Below the pieces are notes generated by a model, which searched no databases, was not told the DNA's origin, and was given only the letters and a program-made list of their open reading frames with translations. A program made the position numbers and the translations under genes. DNA of 64,000 bases from Marsupella aquatica (taxonomy: Eukaryota > Plantae > Marchantiophyta): contig OZ316891.1 of assembly GCA_973895155.1 (NCBI GenBank), positions 12,956,771 through 13,020,770 of the forward strand, written 5' to 3'. How positions within the stretch are numbered: the first letter of the stretch is position 1; each line of letters begins with the position of its first letter. This document shows positions 26,101 to 39,600 of this stretch, one piece after another.

Positions 26101-29100
26101 ACTGGTTCCCAGAAAGAGGTCGATGATATTTTGAGGTGGGGCACAGAAGAGCTTTTCCAGGAGACTGCTGCTCCGCCAGAGGATCCTGGTTCTGGATCTG
26201 GCATTTCCGTGACAGGGGATGATGGAGAGGCAAAGCAGAGGAAGAAGACTGCCGAATTGGGAGATATGTACGGAGACTATTATCTCCAGTTGGGAAGGTC
26301 CAAGGTTGTTTGGGATGATGCTGCAGTCAAGCGCCTATTAGATCGATCAGATCTTGTTACTTCTTATCCGGAGGTTGCCCAAGGAGAACAAGAAAGTGAC
26401 ATTCTAGGCTCTTTGAAGGTACCGTTGTTGACTGTAGACGGTGATTGCTCGAGTGGTCCATTTCTTCTGAAATTGTGAGTCGGTGGTTGCTACTACTAAT
26501 CTTGAGTAACTTTTTGTAAATTTGACTTACCTGATTGAATTCTGCGGGATTGCATGTGTGATCCATGCCATCAACCCTGCATCTCATAGGCTTGGGATTG
26601 GAATGAGCAAGACGCTGTCCCGGAGGAGCAAGATGGAGAAGACGTTCTTGGCAAGGAAAGCGATGGGGAAAAAATACCAAAGGCCCCTCCATCAGAAGAA
26701 GAAAATCAGTGGGATAAACTTCTGCGATCCAGGTGATCCTTGCGGTTGTTCCTTTGGCTGTTCTAAAAGTACCATGAGTTAAAATAGGATGTTGGGTCCT
26801 TCACGAAATATGATATCGAATAACATGGCAATAGCATGCCGTGCAAGATCGTCTCCATCTTATAAAAACGTACCGTGAGACTATTGGTCGTCCTCTGATG
26901 ATTTGTTATCAGAACAGTGGAAGTAAGGTTGTGTTGAATTTATCGAAGAACAACGCCTCGTCTTAGTGGCTTTGTAGGACTACGGATTCTCGTCCATTGA
27001 AGACCAACTTTAGGAAGATCTTAATTCGTAAATTAATTGAGTGGTATTTTTGTGTCGTATCAGATGGGAAACATTGCAGACAGATGAGGAAGCTGCTTTG
27101 GGTCGTGGTAAACGTAATCGCAAAGCAGTCTCCTACATGGAGGCAAATGGGCAGAAATCAAAGGAGCATTTGAGTGAGGTGCGCCTGAAAGCCACATCGA
27201 AATTTAACGAAGCTGGAAATGATGTGCAAAATTTTGCTCCATACTTCGTGTTGTGCTCCATTGCTCTATTTCGATATTCTGATTTAGTTCATAATACATA
27301 GTCACTTTAGTTTATGATACATTGAGTTTTTAATAAATGTAAGCAATGTGTCTGGTTCATGAACCATTTGTTTTGCAGTCGTCGGATATGGAGAAAGAGG
27401 ATGACCCTGAGCCTGACTACACCCCGGTTGGCCGAGCTCTAAAGCAGAAATTGTAAGAGCTAGCAGGGAAACGGGAGTTTTTTGTCTTGCAATTCGTAGG
27501 CTTCGCTGGACGTTGACTGAAGGATTATATTGGGTCTCGGAGCATTTCATTGGAATGACTGTAGCTTGCGGTTAAATTTTTTCTCAAATAACTAGGCTTG
27601 TGATAACACTGCGGAAACAAGGCTGTTGAACCAAACTTTTTAACTTTCCCCATATTTCGAGAACAGTGAATCGGCGACATCACGTCTGTAACCTAATCAC
27701 TGACGAAACCTTTACTGTGTTTCTAGGGCCAAATTGCGGGCTAGGCAAAAGGATCGAATTATGCAGAGGTATAGTAACGAAGCTATTAGATCAAGAGATG
27801 GTGAGAAGGTGGCAGCAACCACAGGCATGGCCTGGGAAGGCGTGGGAGTCCTGAGGAAGTTTGATACCCTGAGAGATGGACCTTCGGCACCAAAATATAT
27901 GCCCACTTACCTCCCTTCTGGAAACCTCTCGGCGCGTATATACTCCCAGGTCGACCGTAATAACAGTTTACCTAGTCCTGCCGCATCTCAGAGAGCAGTA
28001 AATGTTTCTTTAGGGTTTGAGCAGCACCCTCTCCACCGAAGGTCTTCATCCCCTCCCCGTCCTGTCCCAAATGTGGAGTGGCACAGAAACATTAAATCGC
28101 CACAACTTGCTCAAAAACCTGCTGGCACGGGGCTATCTCTGGCAATGGATGAAGGTGGAGACAATTTTAAGGGTTCAGTTAAGGATCATGGACAGGCAAC
28201 CCGGCTTGGAGGTAACGCTCCGGCTACTGGAAGCTCAGTTATTGGGTCAAATACATTTGGGAATCCAGTTTTACTGGCGGATGATAGTCCAGGGGTGGAT
28301 GTGTCTAAAATCTCTCTGTCTACGGTTTCACAAGGGCTTGAAAGTGGGCAAAGTCCGAGCCAGTTTCTACCAGCACTGCGACAGAGTCGTCAGGGAGTTC
28401 ATTACGCGAATGCTTTGCAATCGTCAGCACCACTTCGGCTTGATTTTAGAGGTCCGATAGGTCGTTCATTTGATGGAGGTCCAAATAAACATTCGTCACA
28501 CGAAGATTCTGGGTTCAACGTTTTTCCTAGTCCTGCTAATGGCGCAAAGTCAACGTTCAACGTTGAAGAGATGAAGGCTAAAGCTGGGAACCAAAAATCT
28601 AAACCTCCAGATGTTGCACTTGAGTTCTCGCAAAGAATATTTGGTGGGGAGAAGAATGTCAGCACAGGTGACACGGTAAGTGCAACACTCTTAAAGGGAT
28701 TGTCTTTCCTTCGTGTTGGTGACCAATTATTGTTAGGTGCTAGCTCTTTGTGTTTCACTCCGAGGCCCAATTCCCTACTATGCAATTTGTCTAAAGGTGC
28801 AAGTTGGCAATTGTGATCTGCCAGCTTGAGATGTATCGACATAGTGGGCTTGACTTCACTCATACGTCTGTGCTTGAGAAGTCGTAACGGTTGAACTTTT
28901 CGGGTTTGCAGCTGTCAGCTGGAGAAGATTTATCGAGCCAGCAAAGTAAGCAAGGGTTAGGAGCGTCTCTGCAATCATCCACACAGGATTCAAGGGCTCC
29001 CAATTTGTCCATCGCATTGGGGCTCCAGTTGATGGAGGCGAGCCCTGCGACTGATGCAAGAGATGCACGGACCTCTGTTGGAGCTCCATTATCTACATTG

Positions 29101-31650
29101 ATAACGTCAGGAGGTTCTGTCAAAACAGTGGATATTCACGGAGTTGGAGTACGATCTCACAGTAGTAGTATCTTCCATAAACTGGGAACTAAGGAAATGA
29201 TGCCCATTGATCTAACTGACGATGATCCTGAACCAATCGTCAGCACTCGTCGCTTCTTAAGTCCAGGAAATTCTGAAGGGGACATGGGAAGGGCTTGGCC
29301 TTCAGAGGATCAAAGGAGACGCAGAGATCAGGGCAAGCAGGCATGGTCAGAAGAGGAATTGGATGCTCTGTGGACTGGAGTTCGAAGGCATGGAGTAGGA
29401 AACTGGGCTACACTGCTTCTCGACTCAAAACTTGTTTTCTTGAAACATCGCTCTATTGGTGAATTGGCAGATCGCTGGAAGGAAGAGAAGACGAAATTGT
29501 TTGGGAACGCTGAACAGTCGTCTGAAGCCGGAAGGAAACCGCAGGGCTTATGGAGTGGTCCTAATGCAGTATCGGGGATTGAGACTGACCCAGGATTTGG
29601 ATTGTCACGTACCATAACAGAACAAGGATTGACACGTAGCATCGGGACAGAACGAGGCTTGTCACACACTATCGGGTCAGATAGAGGATTGTCATACTCT
29701 AGTGGGACAGACCAAGGAAGGCCTTCTCATACTCGTGTTCATTTGACATCCAACACTGAGTCTGCTGTTTTGCATCCAGACGACGCGTTCTTCCCCCGCT
29801 ACCAGGAAAAGAAAGACTCACTTTCTTGGGTTCCCGACTTGGAAGTAAATCATCTCAGACCTTACCGTGGCTCCTCCAAAGCAGGTGGACCTTCCACATT
29901 ATCGGGTTTGCAGTTTGTAAACAAAACTGGTGACTTTGTAAGGTTGGATGCTAGTAGGCAAGGATTGAATTACCACAACTTACTTGATTTACAATCCGGT
30001 CGGTCTTCACCGTCAATCCCAAATTCCATATCTGGAAGGACGAACTCTGCTGGACCAGCTGTCACAGGGATAAATCTGGGGTCTCTTGGACTTTCTTCAG
30101 AGGGTACGGGCAGGTTTAGTGACAATTTATTCAGGACGAGTGGGACTGCTCCTGACCAGATTAGTGCTGAGTTTGGCACCAATTTGAGTCCTGAATTAGG
30201 CCTCGGTTCTGACCTGAACCGGCAAGAAGCTAAAGAGAAGACAACCTGGCACCCAGAGCGACCATCCATTCCTCTGACGGACGGTGGGAAGTATCAGTCT
30301 AGCTTACCAGAGCGAAGTGGTGTTTTCAAGTCTCAGGAAGCCCATCTTCATGTGCAAATCCCCCCAGCCCCAAGTCCCAGGGTGGGATCACCTTTAGGGC
30401 ATTCGTTAGGACACAAGGCTGTAGTTTCCGTTCCACACAATGGAGGGCCAATTTCAACGGCTGAACACCGGCGAAGGGCAAGGGCAGGTGCCAATGCGAA
30501 GGCCATGTCGGCAGCCATGTTGTCAATTAAGGCAGATGAGACAGCTCCGAGCAATCTACCACACTGGTTGAGAGAAGCTGTCAAAGCAAGGTCAGCCCCT
30601 CCCCAGCCTCCGTTACCTCCAGCAATTGCTGCCGTAGTGCAAGCTACTAATACTCTCTACAAGAATAGCCCACGACTTCTTCCTCCATTGGTACACCCTG
30701 GATATCCACTGGTGCCACCCAGGGAGTTTCCAAAGAAGGTTAGAAGGCGGCATCGCCATAAGCTTGGCCAGCAACAACGGTCTAACAGAACTGATAGTGT
30801 AATGGTAGGAAATCTTTCAGCTAGTGTGGATCTTTCACGCTCCGTAAAAGTAGAAGGCACTAATCAAACCTCAGGCCCTCTTTCCCACCTGGATAGTGGA
30901 GGTGCAGCAAATTCTAGGGTTCCAGCTTTAGGACAAGCCAGCTCTTCTATACTATGGTCCAAAGGATTCCCTGATTTTCCCTTGTTGTCAGGTCTTGACC
31001 ATTCCAACCAACAGCAAACATCACACACCCCTGCTGAATCGCTTTCAGAGTTATTTGCAACAAGGAGAAGCATTATGGAGCTTGGCCTGATGGCTGGGCG
31101 TCATCCAAATCTACTGTCAGCATTAAACCTCGATGAACTCAATACTCAATCATCGTCAATTGGAAAAGGGCGACGGCCATGGCCTGACAGTGGATCTGAC
31201 TTGGGTAGGTTTTGGAAGGCTAGGCAATCACTTCAAGGGAGCCGGCTATCTCCATCTAGTTCGTTGGCCCCGTCTAGTTCGCTGGCTCCGCCTGTTTCCT
31301 TGGCTCCTTCAGGTCTCTCATCACTGGAGAGACATTTCTGCAGAAGCAGTCAAGCTATGGCCCTGTCGCAAGCTCCTTCAGTTGGTAGAATGGGAGAAGG
31401 ATCTTTCTCAGATCCTGAAAAGAAGGCGCAGCTACCACAGTGGTTACTCTCAGGTGACGCTGCAACAATTGGAAACGATGTTGGGCAGGAGCATCAACTC
31501 AAAGTTGAAGCGGGGGATGATGATGATAATGAATCCACTTCCAGTAAGACAGTTTCAGACCCTGGTGTTCGTGGCAAACGTGGTAAGGACGATGAAGACA
31601 GTGATGATGCGTCATCAGAAGAAACTATATCTGATGATGGGACCCAGTGA
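20105..31650 (+). CDS. CHR4: CHD3/Mi-2-type chromatin remodelling ATPase (CHR4/PKR1-like) with N-terminal PWWP and two PHD fingers, ~2948 aa
   Basis: Exons 20105-20323, 20705-20742, 20889-20945, 21389-21452, 21750-22271, 22492-26418, 26590-26732, 27064-27178, 27379-27452, 27727-28675 and 28912-31650 (GT-AG, phase-consistent, 8847 nt). Domains: PWWP ([16 protein letters not shown]), PHD ([24 protein letters not shown]), second PHD ([21 protein letters not shown]), double chromo, SNF2 motifs [11 protein letters not shown] / DEGH / TGTPLQNN / [46 protein letters not shown] ([21 protein letters not shown]), LPHWLRE and C-terminal SSEETISDD as in CHR4. Confidence 0.93.
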
Positions 31651-31926
31651 CAGATGTCAGGCCCTTCAAATGAACAGGGTGTTGTTGTATTCTAAGATTC
31701 AAAGTATTGAAGCATAGCTGAACATATTGGTGGTACAGGTAGGTAACGGAAGAGTGACATGGAGGAATCGACTTGTTTGCCTGTATTCAAAGTTGGGATA
31801 GGGTGTGGTACCCTCCTCCCGCCTCTTCTCTGTCTGTAGTTTTGATTGATCGTGTGGCGGGACGCTGCCTGACTAGACTATCTCTCGTTGATCATTCATA
31901 GTGAGAAGAATTTTTTGTTGGTGTTG

Positions 31927-31947
31927 GCTTAGCTTAGCTTAGCTTAG
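31927..31947. repeat. (GCTTA)4 microsatellite in the 3' region of the CHR4-like gene
   Basis: gcttagcttagcttagcttag. Confidence 0.6.
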
Positions 31948-34018
31948 GTTGAGTAGTCTGTTGAAGTCTTTTCCTCCATCGCACGCTTTTGGTCTATGGT
32001 AGTTTAGTATCATAGATACACGGGAAAATGCTGAGGTGCAAACCTCCGATTATTGGCATGCCCCTCTTTAGGGCGAGTAATATTATTGGGGCTGTAATTG
32101 ATTTGGCAGTTTTTGGAGTACTCGTTGACAATTGGATCTACTTCATTTATGCCTGTGTCCTGTCCGCAGTTTGCTTATTAAAGAGGATCCTAGATGTCCT
32201 TTTACCGTTGCATCAGCAGAGTGGGGGAGATGTGATGTTTACTCGAGCCGCTCCTTGAGCTCCTGCCAAGCTGCCTATTTTGTCTTGAGCAGGTTTGATT
32301 CTTGGAAGCTCCGAATCCAGTGCATTATTCGAGAGCTTTCTCTTTCCTCAGAGACGCTGAGCCTTTCGTGTCCTGAAAGGAATAAGAATGAGCCAGGGGG
32401 GGGGGGGGCGTGGATGGGTGGGTCGAAAGATATGACACAATGTCTGTAATAGAGATAGCATTATTCATGTAAAGGAGATTTATCAGCTTTATGGCGACAT
32501 TTTAATCCCCTAGATGTACGAACTCCAAAAGTATTCTTTTGTATAGACATGAACATTCCATTCAGTTGGAGGCCTAGAGAGAGTAAGTTGTAAACATTTA
32601 CATTGCAGAAATAAAATAGACGCAATGTGAATGACTTTCCCATGGTGTCACGATGTTTAGCAATGCGTAAACGAGTTGATTTTTCTGTGGAATATCACAA
32701 GCTGTAGAATTGACTGGAACTTTGTCTGCAAGTGTTAATATTGTATGCACGTCTTAATTGCAATTTCCACCGTACTCATTTTTTACTATCCTCTATTGGA
32801 CTGTTGCTATTGTGCCTTATGTCCATTATTGGTCGAAGCTTACTGCAGTAGTACCTCCGAAACTGAGATTGAACTGTCCTTCTTCACAAATGTGATGGTC
32901 CAGCTTTCATAACTCAACTTTTCAGAATCGGCCTTGCACGGGCTTGTCTCCTTAAAAATGTTGCCCACTCATGCCAAACAATTGGGCTCCTTCTCTTTCC
33001 CATCCTGGAAGCACCACTCCACCAATCTGCACAGCAAGATTGTCTATCTGCTTGCCCTTTGCCTGTTTTAGTCAACACACATAATTCTTGACACTGCAAA
33101 TTTGGCTCGTTGGGGTACTCTGGGCCTCAAACCTTGATGCCACCACACCTAAAGTGCACATTCTACCATCAGGGAGAGAAGATTACAAACCTTACTACAG
33201 AGTCTTTCCTCACACAATCTCCACAAATCAGCACTTCTGACACCATTCATGGCAAATCGCCCTTGATTCTACATTTTGCCTCTTAAGGAAAGGGTGGCAA
33301 GGTCCTGCCTTTTCACCCTTTCTTTGGGACAGATACTAACAAAACAAATAGTTTCACTTATGTTGAGCTAGCCTATCTCATGCTTCATGGTGGAGCGGTG
33401 TCATCCACGTTTACAAAACTTTTTTGTAAACCAAAGCTTGGATGGACTGGAAGGTTGTCTCTCATCATCTCCATGGACTGTGACACATAAACTTAGCAGT
33501 TTGCACCTAATGATGAGAATACCTAGATAATAAATGTTCTTATTGACTGTTTACATACATTTCAATTACGTTAAAAGACTCTGTGCACTTGAAAGTGAAT
33601 TGAATACATGCATGGAATGGAGTGAAAAGTTACATTGAATAGTGCATTTGAAAATTTCAGTACTTCCATAATGGCTTGAAGCACTCTTTTGTGACAAGAG
33701 CGACGCTTTCTGGAAAATATGATCTCTCAACAATACTCCTTTAGAATAAAATCCAAGGTGGCTTTGCACCAGCAGAATAAGTCAAAACCCTCCTTAACAC
33801 AAGAGAGTGACATTCTATGAAAAATAGGATTCTGTAAAACTATTTTTCAAATTAAAATGTACTTTAGCTTTGCAACGGCAAAACTACTACAGTCTGGTGA
33901 CAAGAACAATACTATATGAAAAAAATAAAATTCCCCTAGTTTCCTTGGTGTGAATTGTTCCACTGGTTCATGGGTGTTGTGTTGTTTGCTTCACTTTTCT
34001 TTGGGGTTTTTGCAATCC

Positions 34019-35476
34019 ATTATAATTAGTTCGTGGACCCCATCAGTTTTTATTCGATTGAGATTGAATTGGAGCGCGCTGCACAGGGCCCTCCTATGGT
34101 GAATCCGAAGTCAGCAGTGTTACTGCAGCAGCAAACGCCAGTTCCACCTCCTTAAATGTAACCTCTTCCATTTTCTTGTGAACTTACTGTATTTCGGTCT
34201 GCTGTCTAGCTTGTCTCCTCATCCATTCTTTAGTCGTCTTGAGGCACAGTTTCCTGTTTGTAATGGTCAAAATTTCTGAACCTAATGTGCAAGACTTCTG
34301 CTTCGTAGAGAAAGGCAGGGATGGCGTCAGCATTGTGTGCCGCTGTCGTGGGTCACCACATGTGTCTCGCATCTAAATTGTAATAGTAATTTCCCCTGTT
34401 CAGTGTACCGCAGATTACTTAGAAACAGAACAGTCCCCTTTGTTCCTTCAAAGCTGTACAACTGATCTGGTTAAATATTGAATCTTCTCCACTACAGCGG
34501 CTTTCGAGGCGTGGTATACCTCACTAATATCCTGCGCAATACTTTTGGCGTCGAACGAAGCGCCTAGAAGTCCTTTACATCCCAATCCAACCGCATACAT
34601 ACCTCTTTCACCTTTCCATGATTGTTGCGAAGATGGCTTTGGAAAACCATCTTGGGCAAAGAAATTCTCTTCATCGTGTATTAGAGGGCATTTCATATGA
34701 GTCAAGATGAGTACAATATCTTTCACAATCGCCTAGAAACAACTGAAGGTCACATAATTATGATCAGTACAGTACTGCACTAGAGCGAATGAAATTTTTG
34801 AATCTCATTATGATTTCTTAGGAAACTGGTAACTCACATTCTCGTCGGCAGTTATTGACAATCAGACGTAACGCCAATCATAATTCCATACATTGACTTC
34901 CAATCATAATTATGTATGGAATGTTTTCAGAGAGTGCTGAAAGTGAGAAATGATAACCCTTAGACTATCGACACACTTTCGAGAGGAATGCGTAGACTTG
35001 GCCCGAATCGAGAAGGCAAGAAGACAAGTAGATAGAATTATGATTGGCGTAAGCAGTGCAACTAACAAAAACGCAGTCAATCTCTACATGCACTCGATCG
35101 GAAGGTTAGTTTGGAAGGTTACCTTCTGCCGCTGCGGGATTCTTAACTGCCATGCTATGTTGTTTCATTTAATTAGTTACTTATTACTTATAGAATTGAA
35201 CCACAATTCACAAAAAAAGGTGGGCAGTTGGTTACTCACGGTAAATAAAGCTGAGTTGCAGGCCTACTCAGGGTAAATAAAACAATTATTTTTGATTATT
35301 TTTTAATGAACATTTACGGCATGGCGTCCTCAATTTTACTAAAATCTTGTCGCAAACACGAATGTTTGCATAATTTCATTGTGGAAACCAATCCGTTCCT
35401 GTTTGCAGCGTGCCATGATGATGTGGCGCGCTGTGGAGTCAGGAATTTTGGAAGGAACCTCTAGTGGGGTCCGTAA
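34019..35476 (-). mobile_element. Asymmetric-ended repeat element, copy 2 (carries a YUCCA fragment)
   Basis: A end GGGGTCCGTAA at 35466-35476, with ~300 bp homologous in reverse to 1192-1508. B motif ATTATAATTAGTTCGTGGACCCC at 34019-34041. Confidence 0.6.
34448..34675 (-). pseudogene. Orphan last exon of a YUCCA flavin monooxygenase
   Basis: DEENFFAQDGFPKPSSQQSWKGERGMYAVGLGCKGLLGASFDAKSIAQDI matches the YUCCA C-terminus (FF..DG.PK..FP..WKGE.GLYAVGF.R.GL.GAS.DA..IA.DI). The expected acceptor reads TACAC| rather than YAG|, and no upstream YUC exons were found. Confidence 0.85.
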
Positions 35477-36315
35477 ATAATATTCTTGAAGAAAATTGAG
35501 TTCATTTTGCTTTTTGTCATAATTACGGACCCCCATTAGGGATCCCTTGCAAATTCCCTGGCAGGAGGATGCACCACATCAGCAAGGATGGTGACAAACA
35601 GGACAACACGATTTCTGGAAAACAAAAAGGGCCTTGTCATGTTTGTGTTCATATTCGTGTAAATTATAAGGCGTCATGCCGTAAGTGTTAAGTGTAAAAT
35701 AACTAGAATACAAAGGACAAGATGTCATTTTTTATTGTAACTACGTTAGTTACCTTTTGAGTGTTCTTAAATTGTTTATTATGTAATTAGTTAGATAACT
35801 GCCTCTACAATAACGTAAGTAATGACTCATAACTTATCCTCTATCTTTCGATGAGAGAGATACCAACGAGAGATGATGGTGAATAGGGTACTACCATTTT
35901 GTCACATTGCGTCGAAGAAACGAAGGAGCGATCTTCAGCTGAGTTTGGAGTTTGGAGTCTGAGTTTGAGTTGTGAGTTGAATGGTGGATACCATATGATC
36001 GTACAACTTGCACACACTTAAAGAACCATCACCGACTCAAACATTGTAACATTGTAACATCATAACATTAGAAAATGCCCACCTCCCTTTGTCAATGAAG
36101 AGATGTCACAATCGAGGTCACAATCCCATCACCGTCACAAACTAAGCCACTAAAAATTCATTTCTTTGATTACGTCGCCATCGCTTGTCCGCAACGCAAC
36201 GCTTGCTTACTGGCTTGAATTGTTCGGCGTGCCTCCAAGATTCAATTGAAGCTCACTATGAACACAGGTTCACGCCAAATGCAGCCTCTATGTCGAAGAA
36301 AAAATTTCTGGTCTC

Positions 36316-36631
36316 TGTTAGATATTGCTCTAGTCTTGTGACTCATGAGCTAACTACAGTTAGGCTAACTTGGGTTAGGACTTAGCTAATGTTAGCGGTA
36401 GTGCTGTTGTGTATATAGCCAGGGCTGATGCCAGACCCTGGTGGAACAAAGGCTCATTGTTATGGAGCTAGTTGAGAGATAGGGAGAGCTTGTGTTGTGG
36501 ATGCTTGGTATGGCCGGTCGGCCTAGAGTGCAGTAAAGCTCTTGTGTGTTCCCGTGGACGTAGCCTCATGTGGAGGTGAACCACGTATCTCTCTGTGTTG
36601 ACTATTGTGCGGTGGATGATTCATGGGCTTG
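36316..36631 (+). repeat. 5' LTR, truncated (316 bp)
   Basis: Matches 40427-40742 except for 4 C/T differences. It lacks the final 28 bp of the 3' LTR and no PBS follows. Confidence 0.95.
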
Positions 36632-39600
36632 AAACAGGTGCTCTTGTACAAAGATTTGAAGTCCATTTCGTATAATGAGGTGGTGAGCTCATTACTGTCT
36701 GATGATGCTCAGAAGAAGCTGGGTCAATCACAGACAGCATCTTCTTCTGGCACTGCGCTGAATGTGAACAGGGGAAGAGCAACGTAGCGCACGAATGGGC
36801 AGAATAGGTTTAGATCTACATCACGGGGGAGATCTAAATCCAGAGGAAAATCGCAAGAGAAGAAGCCTCTTGCATGTTGGAATTGTGGCAAGCCTGGCCA
36901 CATGAAAAGGGATTGTCGAGTAAAGGTCCCTACTGCCTCTGCTAATGCGGCATCGAGCACGCATGAGGTAGATTTACTCGATGATGATGACATATTGTGA
37001 TGTCAAGGTTATGCTCTCAACGTAGTGTCAAATCCAGGTAGTGATGACTGAGTTCTAGATAGTGCATGTACTTTTCACATTTGCTCTAGGAGAGATTGTT
37101 TCAGTTCTTACACGGTTTCCAACGGATCAGTGTTGATGGGAAATGGAATCCCATGTCAAGTTGTTGGACTTGGATCTGTAAGATTTCAGATGTTTGATGG
37201 TGTTGTGAGAACGATGAGGGATGTGAGACATATTCCCAGCATGATGAAAAATCTCATTTCACTTGGAGTTTTAGAGGCAAATGGCCATCAGTGGAGTTCT
37301 GCTAATGGTGTCCTTCAGGTTTCAACTGGTACTAAAGTTGTATTGAAAGGAAAGAGACATAGCAATCTATACGTTTTGGAGGGTAGTGTAGTCTGTGATT
37401 AAGCCAATATAACCTTATCTCATGAGGAGACGGCCTGGCTGTGGCACTTTCGTTTGGGCCACATGAGTGAAAAAGGTTTGGTTATTCTTCAGAAGAAATG
37501 ATTACTTTCTAATTTGCAATCTTGTAAGTTGGAATTTTGTGAGCACTGTGTGCTAGGGAAGCAGCACAGGAAACCCTTCGGAGTTGGAACTCACACCAGC
37601 AAGGAGGTACTTGAGTATGTACATAGTGATGTGTGGGGTCCCGCCCCTACTCCCTCACATTCTGAACGGTTATACTATGTCACGTTCATAGATGATTACT
37701 CAAGGTATGTGTGGATATACTTTCTACACAATAAGTCTGATGTTTTTGCCACTTTTAAGGAGTGGAAAAGCCCAAGTTGAGAATCAGACTGGTAATAAGG
37801 TGAGATATCTTCGATCGGATAACGGCGGTGAATACAGTTTCGGGGAATTTGGAACGTATTGTTAGGAGCAGGGGATTACCCGCCATCTCACAACAAGTTA
37901 TACTCCTCAGCAGAATGGTGTTTCTGAGAGACTCAACCGAACACTATTGGACCGCTCGAGGAGTATGTTGAGTCAATCATGCTTACCACATGAGTTTTGG
38001 GCTGAAGCTGTCAACACTACAGCTTATTTGGTAATTTTTTCTCCATCCAGTTCTATTGGATTCAAGACGCCATTTGAAATGAGGTACGGGCGTCCAGCAG
38101 ATTACTCACATCTGAGGATTTTTGGATGTGATGCTTATGTGCTTACACCTTCCCAGCTTCGATCCAAGCTGGAGTCCAAGTCGAAGAAGTGCATTTTCCT
38201 TGGCTATCAGAAAGGTGTTAAGGGTTATAGGTTATGGGATCCAGTAACCTATAAACTAATTGTCAGTAGAGATGTGTCCTTTAATGAATCCAGATCATCA
38301 AAGAAGGGGGAGAGTTCTCAGGACTCCCATACTGACAAGGGGAAATCTCCCATCCCGGACCCGGTTGAGGGGGAGATTAGTCATGATGTTGTTCATGACA
38401 GGAGAGATGGAGAAGCTCCGGGCTTGGAGCTGGTTCCTGTGATGGAACAAGAGGAGCAGATTGTTGATGGGGTACCTCAAATTCAACCACCAGCAGTAGC
38501 AGATCAGCCTGAGTCATCTACTAGAAGAACTTCCAGTCGTTCTACTAGAGCTCCTACCAGGTATGGTCAATGGGCAGACTCATCTAAGCTAGATGATTTT
38601 GACATTGCACCTGATGAAGATGATATGGCTTTGATCTTGGAAGAAGGAGAGCCTTCTTCGTATAGTGAGGCTTGTGCTTCAGAGCAGAAGCATGAGTGGA
38701 ATGCAGCAATGTAGAGGGAGTTGCAATCTTTGAGTGACAACAAGACATGGGAGCTGGTGGAGCTTCCAAGAGGTCAGCAAGTGGTGGACAGCAAGTAGAT
38801 TTACAAGTTGAAGGATAGTCCTTCAGAGGGTGGAGACAAGATCTACAAGGCAAGGCTTGTTGCCAAGGGATTCACTCAGGAGAAAGGAGTGGACTACAAT
38901 GAGGTCTTTTCACCGGTGGCGAAGTATTCCACAATACGGATCTTGTGTCAGCTTGTTGTGTTTTTTGGTCTGGTGATGGATCAGATGGATGTTGTTACTG
39001 TTTTTCTCTATGGCAACTTGGAAGAGTTGATCTTCATGAGACAGCCACTAGGCTTTATGAAGAAGGGCCAAGAGAACTTAGTTTGCAGATTGCTCAAGTC
39101 TTGTATGGATTGAAGCAGTCTTCCAGACAGTTGAACAAGCGGTTTGATGATTTCATGCTTGCTCAAGGTTTTACAAGGATGGTGTATGATCCTTGTATGT
39201 ATACGAAATCAGTCAAGAATGATGTATTCGGTTTCATCATTCTGGTGATCTATGTGGATGACATGCTGATTGTGGCTAAAGATCAATCTGAGGTTGACAA
39301 TCTCAAGGCGAAATTGAGTGTTGAATTCAGGATGAAGGATCTTGGTAAGGCCAAGAGGATCTTAGGTATGGAGATTTTTAGGAACTCTGAGACTGGATAG
39401 TTGTGCTTGAGTCAAGGCCAGTATGCGAGGAAAGTACTTGCACAATTCAGCATGGAAAACTGTAAGCCAGTGAGTATTCCTTTAGCTTCACATTTCAAGT
39501 TATCATCGGCTTTCTCTCCTACGGAAGCTGTGGAGAAAGGTCTGATGGCTAAGATTCCTTATGAGAAGGCAGTAGGCAGTCTGATGTATTTGATGACTTG

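Noticed and set aside
21686-31073. Long antisense ORFs (up to 230 aa) opposite the CHR4-like gene
   Set aside because: Shadow ORFs of long coding exons.
32396-32408. Poly-G run (another at ~58804-58817) as a G-quadruplex element
   Set aside because: Simple homopolymers with no supporting context; their length is also sequencing-error prone.
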